Shown one piece after another: positions 27,497 through 37,599 of a stretch of DNA of 64,000 nt. A model generated the notes under the pieces. The model saw only the letters and a program-made list of their open reading frames with translations, did no database searches and was not told the DNA's origin. How positions within the stretch are numbered: position 1 is the first letter of the stretch; each line of letters opens with the position of its first letter. Source of the DNA: Oribacterium sp. (lineage in GTDB: Bacteria; Bacteroidota; Bacteroidia; Bacteroidales; Bacteroidaceae); assembly GCA_963609615.1 (NCBI GenBank), contig CAVDKC010000003.1, positions 2,782 through 66,781 on the forward strand, written 5' to 3'. A program made the translations under genes and the position numbers.

Positions 27497-28534
27497 TTAC
27501 TTATAGAGTCTTTTCTTAAAGAACTTTACGTTGCGCAACAACGGATTCTTGACTTCCTGCAGACATACCTCGATAACCAGCAAGAGGATAACCAAGATGC
27601 CTACAGCCTGAAACTGCTCGTCGTAAGCACTGTACACCACGCTAGTCATGTCGCCCTTCTGAAGTTTTGAGAGGTCATCGTTGAGTACTTTTTCTGCATC
27701 ACCAGTATTGTCCACGTGGATATACTGCCCTTTTCCTGCCTGGGCCAGTTCGCGGCACATCTGTTCATTGAGTGCCGTCATCACGGTATTACCTGCGTTA
27801 TCTTTCAGATAAGAGCCATCCCCCATTGGGATAGGAGCCCCTTTGGTACTACCGATGCCCAGAATGAAGACATTGATACCCTTCTTCTGCGCAGCCTTCG
27901 CTGCCTCCTGGGCACCATCCTCATGGTTCTCTCCATCAGTGATGACAATGATAGCCCTGCCCACATTGTCCTGCTGGGTAAAGCTCTTGGAAGCTAAGTC
28001 GATGGCCTGTCCGATATTGGTACCTTGTGTCTGGATAAGACCTGGCGTAATGTTCTGCAAGAACATCTTTGCCGACACGTAGTCTGTGGTAATAGGCAAC
28101 TGCACGAAGGCGTCACCTGCAAAAACTATCAGTCCTATCTTGTCATTGCTAAAATTATCTACCAAACTCTCCACCAGCATCTTGCTCTTGTCGAGCCTGG
28201 AAGGTGCCACGTCCTGTGAAAGCATGGAATTGGAAATATCAAGGCATATCATCGTCTCAATGCCATTGCGCTTGTCGTGCGATATTTTACTTCCCATCTG
28301 TGGACGAGCCACCATGACAACGAGCAGTGCCAAAGCTATGAGCACGAGCACAAACTTCACTGTTGGGCGATAGGACGAGACGTTGGGCACCAGTTGCAAC
28401 AGTAGCTTAGGGTCGCCCAGCCTCTTCATCTTTGCCTTTCTTCTTCTCCACCCCACAAAGCGTACCAGTACAAGTACAGGTATCAGCCACAAGAGCCAGA
28501 GATATATGGGATCTTCAAATCTTAACATTGTCAT
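27497..28534 (-). CDS. batB: BatB vWA-domain protein
   Basis: MIDAS DISNSM, ITDGENH, position in the bat operon. Confidence 0.9.
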   Translation of the reverse strand: MTMLRFEDPIYLWLLWLIPVLVLVRFVGWRRRKAKMKRLGDPKLLLQLVPNVSSYRPTVKFVLVLIALALLVVMVARPQMGSKISHDKRNGIETMICLDISNSMLSQDVAPSRLDKSKMLVESLVDNFSNDKIGLIVFAGDAFVQLPITTDYVSAKMFLQNITPGLIQTQGTNIGQAIDLASKSFTQQDNVGRAIIVITDGENHEDGAQEAAKAAQKKGINVFILGIGSTKGAPIPMGDGSYLKDNAGNTVMTALNEQMCRELAQAGKGQYIHVDNTGDAEKVLNDDLSKLQKGDMTSVVYSAYDEQFQAVGILVILLLVIEVCLQEVKNPLLRNVKFFKKRLYK

Positions 28535-28579
28535 TATCTGTATTTATCCGTTCTTCTTATATTCTGTGTACACAGATGC

Positions 28580-29578
28580 CTATGGTATCCTGCGCAGCCA
28601 TGTGATACGCAGCAATATCTCCAGCAGCAATACCAGCAAAGCTCCCAAGGCAAACAACTGATAAGCCTCATAACGCTTGGCATAATGCTTTACATTGAAT
28701 TTAGTCTTCTCCAGTTTGTCTATGTCCCGGTAAATCTTCTTCAGTTCGGCAGTACTGGTGGCACGATAGAAGTTACCATCGGTAGTATGCGCAATGTCCT
28801 TCAGCGTCTGTGTATCTATCTCCACAGGAATGTTCACATATTGCACACCTCCAGCTACTGGCATCGGATAAGGAGCCACCTTATTGGTTCCCACGCCGAT
28901 GGTATACACCCTGATACCGAAGCTCTTGGCTATCTCTGCTGCCGTCATTGGCGAAATATCTCCCATGTTGTTGCTTCCATCCGTGAGGAGAATGACCACC
29001 TTACTCTTCGATTTGGAATCCTTCAGACGGCTTACTGCATTCGCCAATCCCATACCTACTGCTGTACCATCGTCGATAAGACCTCTGGCAGCGATATCGG
29101 TACGGGTATCTTGCAGAAGCCTCAAAAGGCTGGCATGGTCTGTAGTCTTCGGACATTGAGTAAAAGCCTCGCCGGCAAAGATAGTCAGACCGATGTTATC
29201 AGTAGGTCGCCCCGAGATAAACTCAGTAGCTACATCCTTAGCTGCCTCCATGCGGTTAGGCTTGAGGTCTTCGGCAAGCATGGAGGTGGATACGTCCATC
29301 GCCAGCATGATGTCAATGCCCTCTACCGTCTTGTTGTCCCAGGAGAAATGGGTCTGCGGACGAGCCATCGCACACACCAGGAGTATGTAGCTCACACATC
29401 TCAGCACCATTGGCAGGTGGATGAGTCGCACTCGCATACTCTTCGGCGCATACTGATACACCTTGGTATCGCTCATGCGCATCGTCGGCTCGCTCTTCTT
29501 TCTATATAGGAAATACCACAAGATATATGGTACCAGCAATAGGAGCAATAGGAAATATCCTTTACTTGCAAATTCCAT
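28580..29578 (-). CDS. batA: BatA vWA-domain protein
   Basis: ARPQ, DVSTSM, LLTDGSNN, IDKLEKT. Confidence 0.9.
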   Translation of the reverse strand: MEFASKGYFLLLLLLVPYILWYFLYRKKSEPTMRMSDTKVYQYAPKSMRVRLIHLPMVLRCVSYILLVCAMARPQTHFSWDNKTVEGIDIMLAMDVSTSMLAEDLKPNRMEAAKDVATEFISGRPTDNIGLTIFAGEAFTQCPKTTDHASLLRLLQDTRTDIAARGLIDDGTAVGMGLANAVSRLKDSKSKSKVVILLTDGSNNMGDISPMTAAEIAKSFGIRVYTIGVGTNKVAPYPMPVAGGVQYVNIPVEIDTQTLKDIAHTTDGNFYRATSTAELKKIYRDIDKLEKTKFNVKHYAKRYEAYQLFALGALLVLLLEILLRITWLRRIP

Positions 29579-29582
29579 GTTT

Positions 29583-30659
29583 CTATATAATCAGTTTACT
29601 TACATGATAAATAATGTATGCCAACAAAGCCAATACTGCCACGCCGCAACCCCACAAGAACAAGATGATGCATCGGCGCTGTTGTCGCGACCTTACATCC
29701 TGCTCGCTGAGTTTCGGCACTACTTTCTCCTCCCTAGGTTGCTCATCGGTCTTGGTTTGGTCGATGAAGTGAATGGCATTGACGAGATTGGCATCATTCT
29801 CGTTGATTTGCGTCTCATACTTCGCAAATTTTACGAGGTCGGCGGTTTGGAAGAGTCCTTTCAGTTCGTCTATCATCTTTTGGTCGCCAGCGGAACGCAG
29901 GCGGTCGATAATTTCCGCACTGGTCATCTCCATTGCATTAAACCCGAAACGGCTTACTATGTACTCACGCAGCGTCGTTGTAAGACGTGTGTAATACTCT
30001 TTCTGAGTTTCTTGGCTAACAGTATGTTGCTGCTTGATGGCATTGATTTCGTGCAATGCTTTCTCATGTGCCGGCATCTTCTTGATGATACGTATACGCA
30101 TGATGACAGGCTTATTTTTCTTTAACCTATTGCGCATATACAGCATTATACCACAGATAATTAGCATCAGTACGCTCAACCAAAACGGCAAGCTCCATTC
30201 ACTCCAAAGGAAAGGGTTGTCCTGCACTGTTTTAGGAGGATAAAACTGGTTGGGATGCACGGTATCAACTGGCACGGTAAGCACCTTGAGAGCCAATGGA
30301 TTGCCATGGTAGTTTTTACCGTCGATTTTGACATTCAAGGCAGGAATGGCATACACCTTCTCGTCAAAAGAAGTAAGCACATAGTCTCTTCTCACCTCAA
30401 TGCGGTCGTCTCCTATCTGTGAGGTATCACCCTGATTCTGTTCCACTACCTCCACACCAGGTATCAGCTGTTGCTGAGGCTTGAAGGACGGCATCACCAC
30501 CTTACTTCCCTTTCGAGCTGTAGCCTTCAGATGAAGTATGGTCTGCTCACCGATGAGCATCTGCAGAGAGTCTATACGCTGCTCCACCACCTGCGCACAG
30601 GCAGGAATTGTGGTAAGCCATGTCAAGACCAACAAAATACTTTTTACTTTATTCCACAT
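29583..30659 (-). CDS. Conserved bat-operon membrane protein
   Basis: Signal peptide, central membrane helix, AMEMTS..ADLVKFAK; lies between DUF58 and batA. Confidence 0.75.
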   Translation of the reverse strand: MWNKVKSILLVLTWLTTIPACAQVVEQRIDSLQMLIGEQTILHLKATARKGSKVVMPSFKPQQQLIPGVEVVEQNQGDTSQIGDDRIEVRRDYVLTSFDEKVYAIPALNVKIDGKNYHGNPLALKVLTVPVDTVHPNQFYPPKTVQDNPFLWSEWSLPFWLSVLMLIICGIMLYMRNRLKKNKPVIMRIRIIKKMPAHEKALHEINAIKQQHTVSQETQKEYYTRLTTTLREYIVSRFGFNAMEMTSAEIIDRLRSAGDQKMIDELKGLFQTADLVKFAKYETQINENDANLVNAIHFIDQTKTDEQPREEKVVPKLSEQDVRSRQQRRCIILFLWGCGVAVLALLAYIIYHVSKLII

Positions 30660-30671
30660 AATAGCGTTCTC

Positions 30672-31541
30672 TTATCCCCGTTGTTTGAATAGCATGAGGA
30701 GCGACTTGGAGAAGTCCTCATCTGTGGCTACCGAAGTCCAGTCCACCTTACTCTTGGCAAAGAGTTGGCGCAACATGTCCTGTCGGCGAGTCCAGTTCTG
30801 CGCATGTGCCATTCTCAGTTTCTTGGAACTCGTGTCGATATACATCTCGTGCCCCGTCTCGGCATCCATGACCTTGACGAGTCCCACATCTGGCAGTTGT
30901 CTAGCCAAGGGGTCATATACCTGTATGCCCACTACATCATGCTTCTGATTGGCTATCTGCAAGGGATGCAAGAAATCCTTCTGGTCATAAAAATCACTTA
31001 TGAGAAAAGCTGTACAGTGTCGCTTCATCATACGCGTGAAGTATTCCAAAGCCTGGCTAATGTCAGTACGTAGACTCTCCGGTTGGAAATCGAGCATCTC
31101 CCTGATGATATAGAGGATATGCTTACGTCCCTTCTTGGGAGGGATATACTTCTCTACATGGTCGGAGAAGAAGATGACACCTATCTTGTCATTGTTCTGA
31201 ATGGCACTGAAGGCAAGCGTGGCAGCTATCTCCGTAGCCAAGTCACGTTTCATCTGCCTACGGGTTCCGAAGTCCAAAGAGCCACTAACATCTACCAACA
31301 ACATCACTGTCAGCTCTCGCTCTTCCTCAAACACCTTGACAAAAGGACGATGAAATCGAGCCGTGACATTCCAGTCGATATCTCTCACATCATCCCCATA
31401 CTGGTACTCACGCACCTCGGCAAAAGCCATACCCCTACCCTTGAAGGCAGAGTGGTACTGACCAGCGAAGATGTTCTGACTCAGACCACGGGTCTTGATT
31501 TCTATCTTCCTGACTTTCTTTAAGATCTCTTGCGTATCCAT
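30672..31541 (-). CDS. DUF58 domain protein
   Basis: FKGRGMAFAEVREYQYGDDVRDIDWNVTAR. Confidence 0.92.
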   Translation of the reverse strand: MDTQEILKKVRKIEIKTRGLSQNIFAGQYHSAFKGRGMAFAEVREYQYGDDVRDIDWNVTARFHRPFVKVFEEERELTVMLLVDVSGSLDFGTRRQMKRDLATEIAATLAFSAIQNNDKIGVIFFSDHVEKYIPPKKGRKHILYIIREMLDFQPESLRTDISQALEYFTRMMKRHCTAFLISDFYDQKDFLHPLQIANQKHDVVGIQVYDPLARQLPDVGLVKVMDAETGHEMYIDTSSKKLRMAHAQNWTRRQDMLRQLFAKSKVDWTSVATDEDFSKSLLMLFKQRG

Positions 31542-31542
31542 A

Positions 31543-32538
31543 TCAAGGCACCTCCACCTTATTGATGATGCGGCTGACTATTTCCTCGCTCGTCACATTG
31601 CTGGCCTCAGCCTCATAAGAGAGACCGATGCGATGACGAAGCACGTCATGAGCCACTGCCCGCACATCCTCTGGAATAACATAACCACGATGCTTGATAA
31701 AGGCATAGGCACGCGAAGCCTTGGCAAGCGAAATACTGGCACGAGGACTGCCGCCAAAAGTAATCATGTCTTTTAGCTCTGCCAATCCATAGCGGTCTGG
31801 GTATCGGGTAGCAAATACGATGTCTGCAATATACTGCTCTATCTTCTCATCGAGATATACCTCATTCACTATCTTACGGGCATTGAGAATTTCCTCTGAT
31901 GTGGTTACTGGGGTCACGGTAGGCAGACTGCCCTGAATATTCTCACGGATAATGAGTTTCTCTTCCTCGATGGTAGGATAGTCTATGACAACCTTCAAGA
32001 GGAAACGGTCTACCTGCGCCTCTGGTAACTGGTAGGTACCCTCCTGCTCCACCGGATTCTGCGTAGCCATCACAAGGAATGGACTTGGCAGGCGGAACGT
32101 CTGGTCGCCAATGGTCACTTGATGTTCCTGCATCGCTTCCAACAAGGCACTCTGTACTTTTGCAGGAGCACGGTTAATCTCGTCTGCCAACACAAAATTG
32201 GCAAATACCGGTCCACGTTTTACATGGAAAGATTCGTCTTTCTGAGAATAGATTTGCGTACCGATAACGTCGGCTGGCAACAAATCTGGAGTAAACTGTA
32301 TACGGCTGTAGTCTGAGCTGACAAGTTGAGACAATGTCTTGATAGCAAGGGTCTTCGCCAATCCTGGCACACCTTCCAACAGTACATGTCCATCAGAGAG
32401 AAGACCGATAAGAAGGCAGTCTACGAGGTGCTTCTGACCCACGATGACCTTATTCATGCCCATTACCAAATTGGTAACAAACTGACTTTGTTGTTCTATC
32501 CGTATATTCAACTCACGGATATCAATAGCTTCTGCCAT
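31543..32538 (-). CDS. moxR: MoxR-family AAA+ ATPase
   Basis: GVPGLAKT, RIQFTPDLLPAD, DEINRAP, ATQNPVEQEGTY; start moved to ATG 32538, downstream of the promoter at 32577-32584. Confidence 0.93.
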   Translation of the reverse strand: MAEAIDIRELNIRIEQQSQFVTNLVMGMNKVIVGQKHLVDCLLIGLLSDGHVLLEGVPGLAKTLAIKTLSQLVSSDYSRIQFTPDLLPADVIGTQIYSQKDESFHVKRGPVFANFVLADEINRAPAKVQSALLEAMQEHQVTIGDQTFRLPSPFLVMATQNPVEQEGTYQLPEAQVDRFLLKVVIDYPTIEEEKLIIRENIQGSLPTVTPVTTSEEILNARKIVNEVYLDEKIEQYIADIVFATRYPDRYGLAELKDMITFGGSPRASISLAKASRAYAFIKHRGYVIPEDVRAVAHDVLRHRIGLSYEAEASNVTSEEIVSRIINKVEVP

Positions 32539-32576
32539 AATTCTATATGTTTTACGTTTATTTCTAAAATCAAACG

Positions 32577-32584
32577 CAAAAGTA
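32577..32584 (-). promoter_or_regulatory. -7 promoter box for the moxR-bat operon
   Basis: TACTTTTG on the minus strand. Confidence 0.7.
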
Positions 32585-32717
32585 AGCAATTATGGCCACA
32601 TAAGCGAATATTGCTATCTAAATAATATTAAAATTGTTTCACAAAAGCTATATTTAGGAACTTTTAAAGAAATGCTCCCCCATATAACTAGCGAAAAGCA
32701 TCGCCATGACGATTTTT

Positions 32718-33941
32718 CTAGCGGTTGCGGTGCTTCATATACCAAGGATGCACAAAAAAATTGTAAGCCAAAAGGCTCAGCAACGTCATCCCAAGGCCTA
32801 AATATTGAAGAGCAGGATGCAACTCATCGAGTATCGGTGTAGCTTCTACCAATTCCTTCAACTGCGAACAATACCCTAACTGATAGAAGCCAAAACTGAT
32901 TCCCACATTCAAGCCAAACTCCCATGCCAGAAAGAAAGAACTCATACTGGTGCCTCGCTGACAATGTTTAGCCAGCTTGATATAAAACAAAAGAAACCTG
33001 CTACCCATAATACCCACAGAAACACCCAGAAACGTCGGAGCAATAAATACCGAAGCCGTTTCCTGCCCGCTATTGGAGAGAAGCAAAACACAACCTAGCA
33101 ACAAAAGCCCAGTAACAACCTCGCTTTTAAGGTCGGCATCAGGAAAGACATACTTCTCTGCCAACACGCCCATCCCCAAGCCGAACAGCATCATCAAATA
33201 GTAGCACAAAGAGTGTGGTATGCTAATAACAATGCCCACCACCATCATAATGACGGCCACATTGAGAAACAACGGCATGCCTTGTGGCAAGAAGAAGCGA
33301 TCCAGACTAAAGAGCCGGACATGTTCTTCTGGTGCCTTGAAAGGGAAACGAGCGCGCGACACCAGCAGCAAACTCACGAGAGCTAATGCGCCCGCCAGAA
33401 GAAACACCACCTTAACATTCCACACTGAGATTATCCAAATAGCCAGTACGGGGCCCAAAGCCAAGGCAAAACGAGCAAACCAAGAAGCGATATAGTTGGC
33501 CTCCGTACGCTGAAACGATTCACAAGTATCTATGACAAGCGTACTGCCCAATGTCATCTGTGCCAATCCGATGCAAGCCCCCAGACAAAAACGCCCTACC
33601 AACAACATCCAATACTCTGGCCTGTAAAAGAAGAACTCTTCCAAACCATAAAGTAAGGTGAGGCACACGACCACACCCAAGATGGCATATTGGCAGACCC
33701 TGTTGCGCCGAAAGCTCTGAACAAGATACGAGCAGAATGCCCCAAAAGCAAAAATACCCAAACCATACACCCCCATGACAGACGCTACATGCCATGCATC
33801 ATAGCCCTGCCAAAACATAAAGTTGGGCACAGCCAGAAAAAGCATGCAAACACTAGTCATTAACAGCAAGTTGGCAAAACATAGCCTCCAAAAGTCACAG
33901 TGCCATAACTTGATATGTACGGGAGTATTCTGCGTATCCAT
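32718..33941 (-). CDS. MFS-type transporter (divergent)
   Basis: About 12 hydrophobic segments, HCQRGT motif, 407 aa. Confidence 0.72.
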   Translation of the reverse strand: MDTQNTPVHIKLWHCDFWRLCFANLLLMTSVCMLFLAVPNFMFWQGYDAWHVASVMGVYGLGIFAFGAFCSYLVQSFRRNRVCQYAILGVVVCLTLLYGLEEFFFYRPEYWMLLVGRFCLGACIGLAQMTLGSTLVIDTCESFQRTEANYIASWFARFALALGPVLAIWIISVWNVKVVFLLAGALALVSLLLVSRARFPFKAPEEHVRLFSLDRFFLPQGMPLFLNVAVIMMVVGIVISIPHSLCYYLMMLFGLGMGVLAEKYVFPDADLKSEVVTGLLLLGCVLLLSNSGQETASVFIAPTFLGVSVGIMGSRFLLFYIKLAKHCQRGTSMSSFFLAWEFGLNVGISFGFYQLGYCSQLKELVEATPILDELHPALQYLGLGMTLLSLLAYNFFVHPWYMKHRNR

Positions 33942-33995
33942 CTTCGTTCAATTTTTCTGTTACCAAAACGTTCTTTTATCTAAAAAAACAGAGAG

Positions 33996-34814
33996 TTAAT
34001 AGCTCTCCTCCATGTTGGGATATTCCACAGTTTTCACCGCATCCACATAGGCTTTAACCCCCTTGGCCATCTCCTCGCCCACCTGGGCAAAATGGCGCAA
34101 GAACTTTGGTTTAAACCCCTGAGTCATACCCATGGCATCGCTATACACCAGCACCTGCCCATCACAACCATTGCCCGCACCGATACCGATAGTCACAGCC
34201 TTCACCCGTCGGCTCACCTCTGCAGCAAGCTTAGCCGGTATCTTTTCGAGTACAATGGCGAAACAACCAGCCTCATCAAGGGCGATAGCATCATTGATTA
34301 GTTTCTGGGCCTCAGCATCCTCCTTAGCGCGAATACCATAACCGCCAAACTTATTTACGCTCTGCGGAGTAAGTCCTAAATGACCATGTACAGGAATGCC
34401 CGCATTCACAAGAGCCTTGATGGTATCTACGATTTCCACGCCACCCTCCAATTTCAAAGCATCTACCCCCGTTTCCTTCATCATGCGGCAAGCGTTACGA
34501 AGAGCTTCTTCCTTACTAACCTGATAACTACCAAAAGGCATATCACATATCACAAGGGCATGATTGCAAGCACGAGCTACACTACGAGCATGATATATCA
34601 TCTGGTCTATCGTAATAGGTAGCGTATCCGCATTACCTGCCATCACATTACTGGCCGAGTCACCTATCAGTATTGAATCTATGCCAGCTGTATCTATGAT
34701 GCCAGCTGTCGTAAAATCATAGGCTGTAAGCATGGTTACCTTCTCACCTGCTGCTTTCATTTCTGCAAAAGTCTTTACGGTGATTTTCTTCTTGTCTGTA
34801 GATAAATATCCCAT
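33996..34814 (-). CDS. panB: 3-methyl-2-oxobutanoate hydroxymethyltransferase
   Basis: MLTAYD, LIGDS, DMPFGSY, KLEGG, GHLGLTPQS, GIGAG..DGQVLV. Confidence 0.97.
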   Translation of the reverse strand: MGYLSTDKKKITVKTFAEMKAAGEKVTMLTAYDFTTAGIIDTAGIDSILIGDSASNVMAGNADTLPITIDQMIYHARSVARACNHALVICDMPFGSYQVSKEEALRNACRMMKETGVDALKLEGGVEIVDTIKALVNAGIPVHGHLGLTPQSVNKFGGYGIRAKEDAEAQKLINDAIALDEAGCFAIVLEKIPAKLAAEVSRRVKAVTIGIGAGNGCDGQVLVYSDAMGMTQGFKPKFLRHFAQVGEEMAKGVKAYVDAVKTVEYPNMEESY

Positions 34815-34857
34815 TTCTCTTTGTTTATATTCTAAGTAATCTCATGCAGTGTTACAC

Positions 34858-35541
34858 TTATTGTTTTTCTGCAATTATATTTTCCAATTCCTTATAATTC
34901 AATATCTTATAATCAGGAATCACATAGTCAGAATAAGGACGTATATCCTCTTCCGTATTCGTTGTGGAAAGACCAAGCGTAAATGCTCCTGATGCCCTAA
35001 CGGCCTTCAAGCCATTAAAACTGTCCTCCAATCCAACGCATTCACTTGGAGCTACCCCGAAACAAGCCGCCCCTTTGATATAACAGTCAGGGTCTGGCTT
35101 GCTCTTAGCAAAATCTTCGCTTGTCAGCACACGGTCGAAATATGACTTAAACTCAGGATGACGTTCATACACATTGAGCATCTTTCGGACGTTCGAGCTT
35201 GTCACTACAGCCGTCTTTACACCATTCTTTCTCAAATCCAAGACAAATTCCGGGAACCCCGCAATATAATGATACTCCATATTCTGCTCAAACTCATCGA
35301 GACGAGCTGTGATTTTGGCTTGTTCAGAGGCCACATCGACACAATCTGCAATATGACCGAAAACGGAATCTTCTGCAAAATATTTATCATATATCTGTAC
35401 AAGCGTCTGCCCCTTGATCCGTTGCGAGAAATCAGCCATCTCCGGGTGATATTCCCTACCTATCATACCCCAGAATATCGTATACTGCGACTCGGTATCG
35501 AAGACGACTCCATCCAAGTCAAATAATGCTGCCTTTATCAT
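34858..35541 (-). CDS. HAD-superfamily hydrolase (beta-PGM-like)
   Basis: FDLDGVVFDT, VTSS, KPDPD, EDSFNG. Confidence 0.9.
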   Translation of the reverse strand: MIKAALFDLDGVVFDTESQYTIFWGMIGREYHPEMADFSQRIKGQTLVQIYDKYFAEDSVFGHIADCVDVASEQAKITARLDEFEQNMEYHYIAGFPEFVLDLRKNGVKTAVVTSSNVRKMLNVYERHPEFKSYFDRVLTSEDFAKSKPDPDCYIKGAACFGVAPSECVGLEDSFNGLKAVRASGAFTLGLSTTNTEEDIRPYSDYVIPDYKILNYKELENIIAEKQ

Positions 35542-35595
35542 TGCTTTATCGCTTTAATAACTATCTTAAAATCACGTTGTCTATCTAATCGGTTG

Positions 35596-35603
35596 CAAAA
35601 TTA
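35596..35603 (-). promoter_or_regulatory. -7 promoter box for HAD-panB-MFS
   Basis: TAATTTTG on the minus strand. Confidence 0.7.
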
Positions 35604-35710
35604 GATAAAATTTCCGAATTATAAGCCTGTAAAATAAAAAACTTGTACGTTTTTACCAGAAATTGGCGCAATTAAGGGTGTTTTCCCTAAAGAAAAGACA
35701 CACAAGGCAT

Positions 35711-35758
35711 AAAAATAAGGATGAAGCCTCCATTCCTTCCGAAATGAGACTTCATCCT
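35711..35758 (-). terminator. Intrinsic terminator after the TlpA gene
   Basis: AGGATGAAG.CTC / GAG.CTTCATCCT stem, then a U-rich tract on the minus strand. Confidence 0.7.
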
Positions 35759-35772
35759 AACCGAAGGGTGAC

Positions 35773-36813
35773 TTATTTTGAGAACAATTCGTCGAGCAAG
35801 GTATAGAATGCAGGATCCTCACCTACAATCGTCTTGACAATCTTGCCGTCAGGTCCTACAACAATTTTGGTAGGAAATCCCTGAATGGCATATTTGCCTA
35901 GTACTTCACTATCCTTTGGATTGTATACATGCAACCATGGCAACTGATGCTTTTCCACTGCAGCCTTCCACTTCTCCTCTGAGTCATTGCAGTCTACACC
36001 AACTATCTCAAACTTGCCTTTGTACTTCTCGTAATACTCTTTCATCTTTGGCATACCCTTGATACACCAGCCACACCAAGAGCCCCAGAAGTCAAGAATC
36101 ACATACTTACCACGAAGGCTAGACAACGTAAAATCCTTACCCGTGATATCCTTAAGAGTGAAGTCTGAAGCCTCCACGCCAGCAGCCTGAACCTTCTTCG
36201 CAGCCTCCTCTGCCTCAGCTCGTTTCTTTGCATAAGCTACAATAGGCTCATAGTAAGATTTCATTCTACCATTACGCACTCGCTCAGAAAGTGTTCCTAC
36301 CAGTTTGTCTATCTTCTCTACTCCATCTACCTTATCGATAAGAGTTGCACAAGCTTCATAGTCTGGGTGTTGCTCTACAAAAGCCAACACTTTATCGCTC
36401 ATAGTACTCTCGGCATCAGGCGCTTTCATCGCCTCCTCCGTCATCAAGTCCACCTCATGATACTGCTGATAGAACTTACTGCCGCCCACATCCCAACGGG
36501 TTGTCAAATCACCGACCAACTCTGCTTTCTCATCTGGCACACAGATCAAGCTAAACATCTTCCGTTCTGTACCACGATAAGCACCTGGTGTCAAAAAGTA
36601 ATACTCCACAGGTTTGTCGATATAAGTGGAATAAGTAAACTTGTCCTTTTTCGACAAGAGGGTATCCAGCTTCACACTACGTCCCTTGTACACAAGCACA
36701 GTGTCTGAGCTAAAGTTCTTCATGTTTACCTTCACTTGGAAGTTGGCCTTCTGCGCCATCGCAGTCATACCAGCCATCGCCAGCACTGCACTTAAAACGA
36801 TTTTCTTTGTCAT
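35773..36813 (-). CDS. TlpA-family thiol-disulfide oxidoreductase, secreted
   Basis: Signal peptide; DFWGSWCGWC; GFPT. Confidence 0.88.
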   Translation of the reverse strand: MTKKIVLSAVLAMAGMTAMAQKANFQVKVNMKNFSSDTVLVYKGRSVKLDTLLSKKDKFTYSTYIDKPVEYYFLTPGAYRGTERKMFSLICVPDEKAELVGDLTTRWDVGGSKFYQQYHEVDLMTEEAMKAPDAESTMSDKVLAFVEQHPDYEACATLIDKVDGVEKIDKLVGTLSERVRNGRMKSYYEPIVAYAKKRAEAEEAAKKVQAAGVEASDFTLKDITGKDFTLSSLRGKYVILDFWGSWCGWCIKGMPKMKEYYEKYKGKFEIVGVDCNDSEEKWKAAVEKHQLPWLHVYNPKDSEVLGKYAIQGFPTKIVVGPDGKIVKTIVGEDPAFYTLLDELFSK

Positions 36814-36852
36814 AATTATTATTTTTAACAGAAATTTCTCATTGTCTTCCTT

Positions 36853-37506
36853 TTAGTTTTCATACTCGGTAGTATCCTCGATACCAGCCTCGGCAAGAGC
36901 CTCCTTACGTTCCACACAGGTACCGCATTTACCACAATGAATCTCACCACCCTTATAACAGCTCCAAGTCTCACTATAATCGACACCCAGCCGCTTACCT
37001 ATGCGTGCAATATCTGCTTTAGAAATATTGGTATAAGGTGCAGACACTCTTACATTTACAAAAGTACCGACAACCGCAGCCTCATCTATCGCCTTGATAA
37101 ATTCCGGGCGACAGTCTGGATAGATGGTATGATCACCACCATGGTTGGCGATGAGCACCTTCTTCAAGTTATTGCTCTCTGCTATACCGATGGCAATGCT
37201 GAGCATGATGCCATTACGGAAAGGCACTACGGTACTCTTCATATTATCATCCGCATAGTGCCCCTCCGGTATTGCCTCGGCGCCTTCCAGCAAACTACTT
37301 TTGAAGTACTTGTGCATAAATCCGAGGTCGATGGTGACATGTCTGATACCGAGCCGTTCGCAGTGCATCTTGGCAAAAGGTATCTCCCTGTCGTTATGAT
37401 TACTGCCATAATTGAAGCTAACCCCGAGTGCAATCTCATCCTTCTTGTCATAGAGCATGGTGATACTATCCATACCTCCACTCACGATAATTACAGAATC
37501 CTTCAT
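36853..37506 (-). CDS. queC: 7-cyano-7-deazaguanine synthase
   Basis: SGGMDS, VPFRNG, YPDCRPEF, SCY..HCGKCGTC. Confidence 0.96.
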   Translation of the reverse strand: MKDSVIIVSGGMDSITMLYDKKDEIALGVSFNYGSNHNDREIPFAKMHCERLGIRHVTIDLGFMHKYFKSSLLEGAEAIPEGHYADDNMKSTVVPFRNGIMLSIAIGIAESNNLKKVLIANHGGDHTIYPDCRPEFIKAIDEAAVVGTFVNVRVSAPYTNISKADIARIGKRLGVDYSETWSCYKGGEIHCGKCGTCVERKEALAEAGIEDTTEYEN

Positions 37507-37599
37507 TTTCTATGTTTTATATTATTATTTAGTCTAATCATCATTCTATTTGATTCCCATCCCAGCATCTTTTCTACCTATGAGAAAGAACAAACAGAC

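Noticed and set aside
32539..32589. Extended moxR start (likewise the trmH-like start at 60922)
   Set aside because: The extensions run through the -7 promoter boxes.
34848..34858. AGTGTTACACT palindrome between the HAD gene and panB
   Set aside because: 11 bp, inside an operon spacer, with no supporting promoter; likely chance.
37507..37599. preQ1 riboswitch upstream of queC
   Set aside because: No preQ1 consensus is visible; only a weak AT-rich hairpin in the radA-queC spacer.
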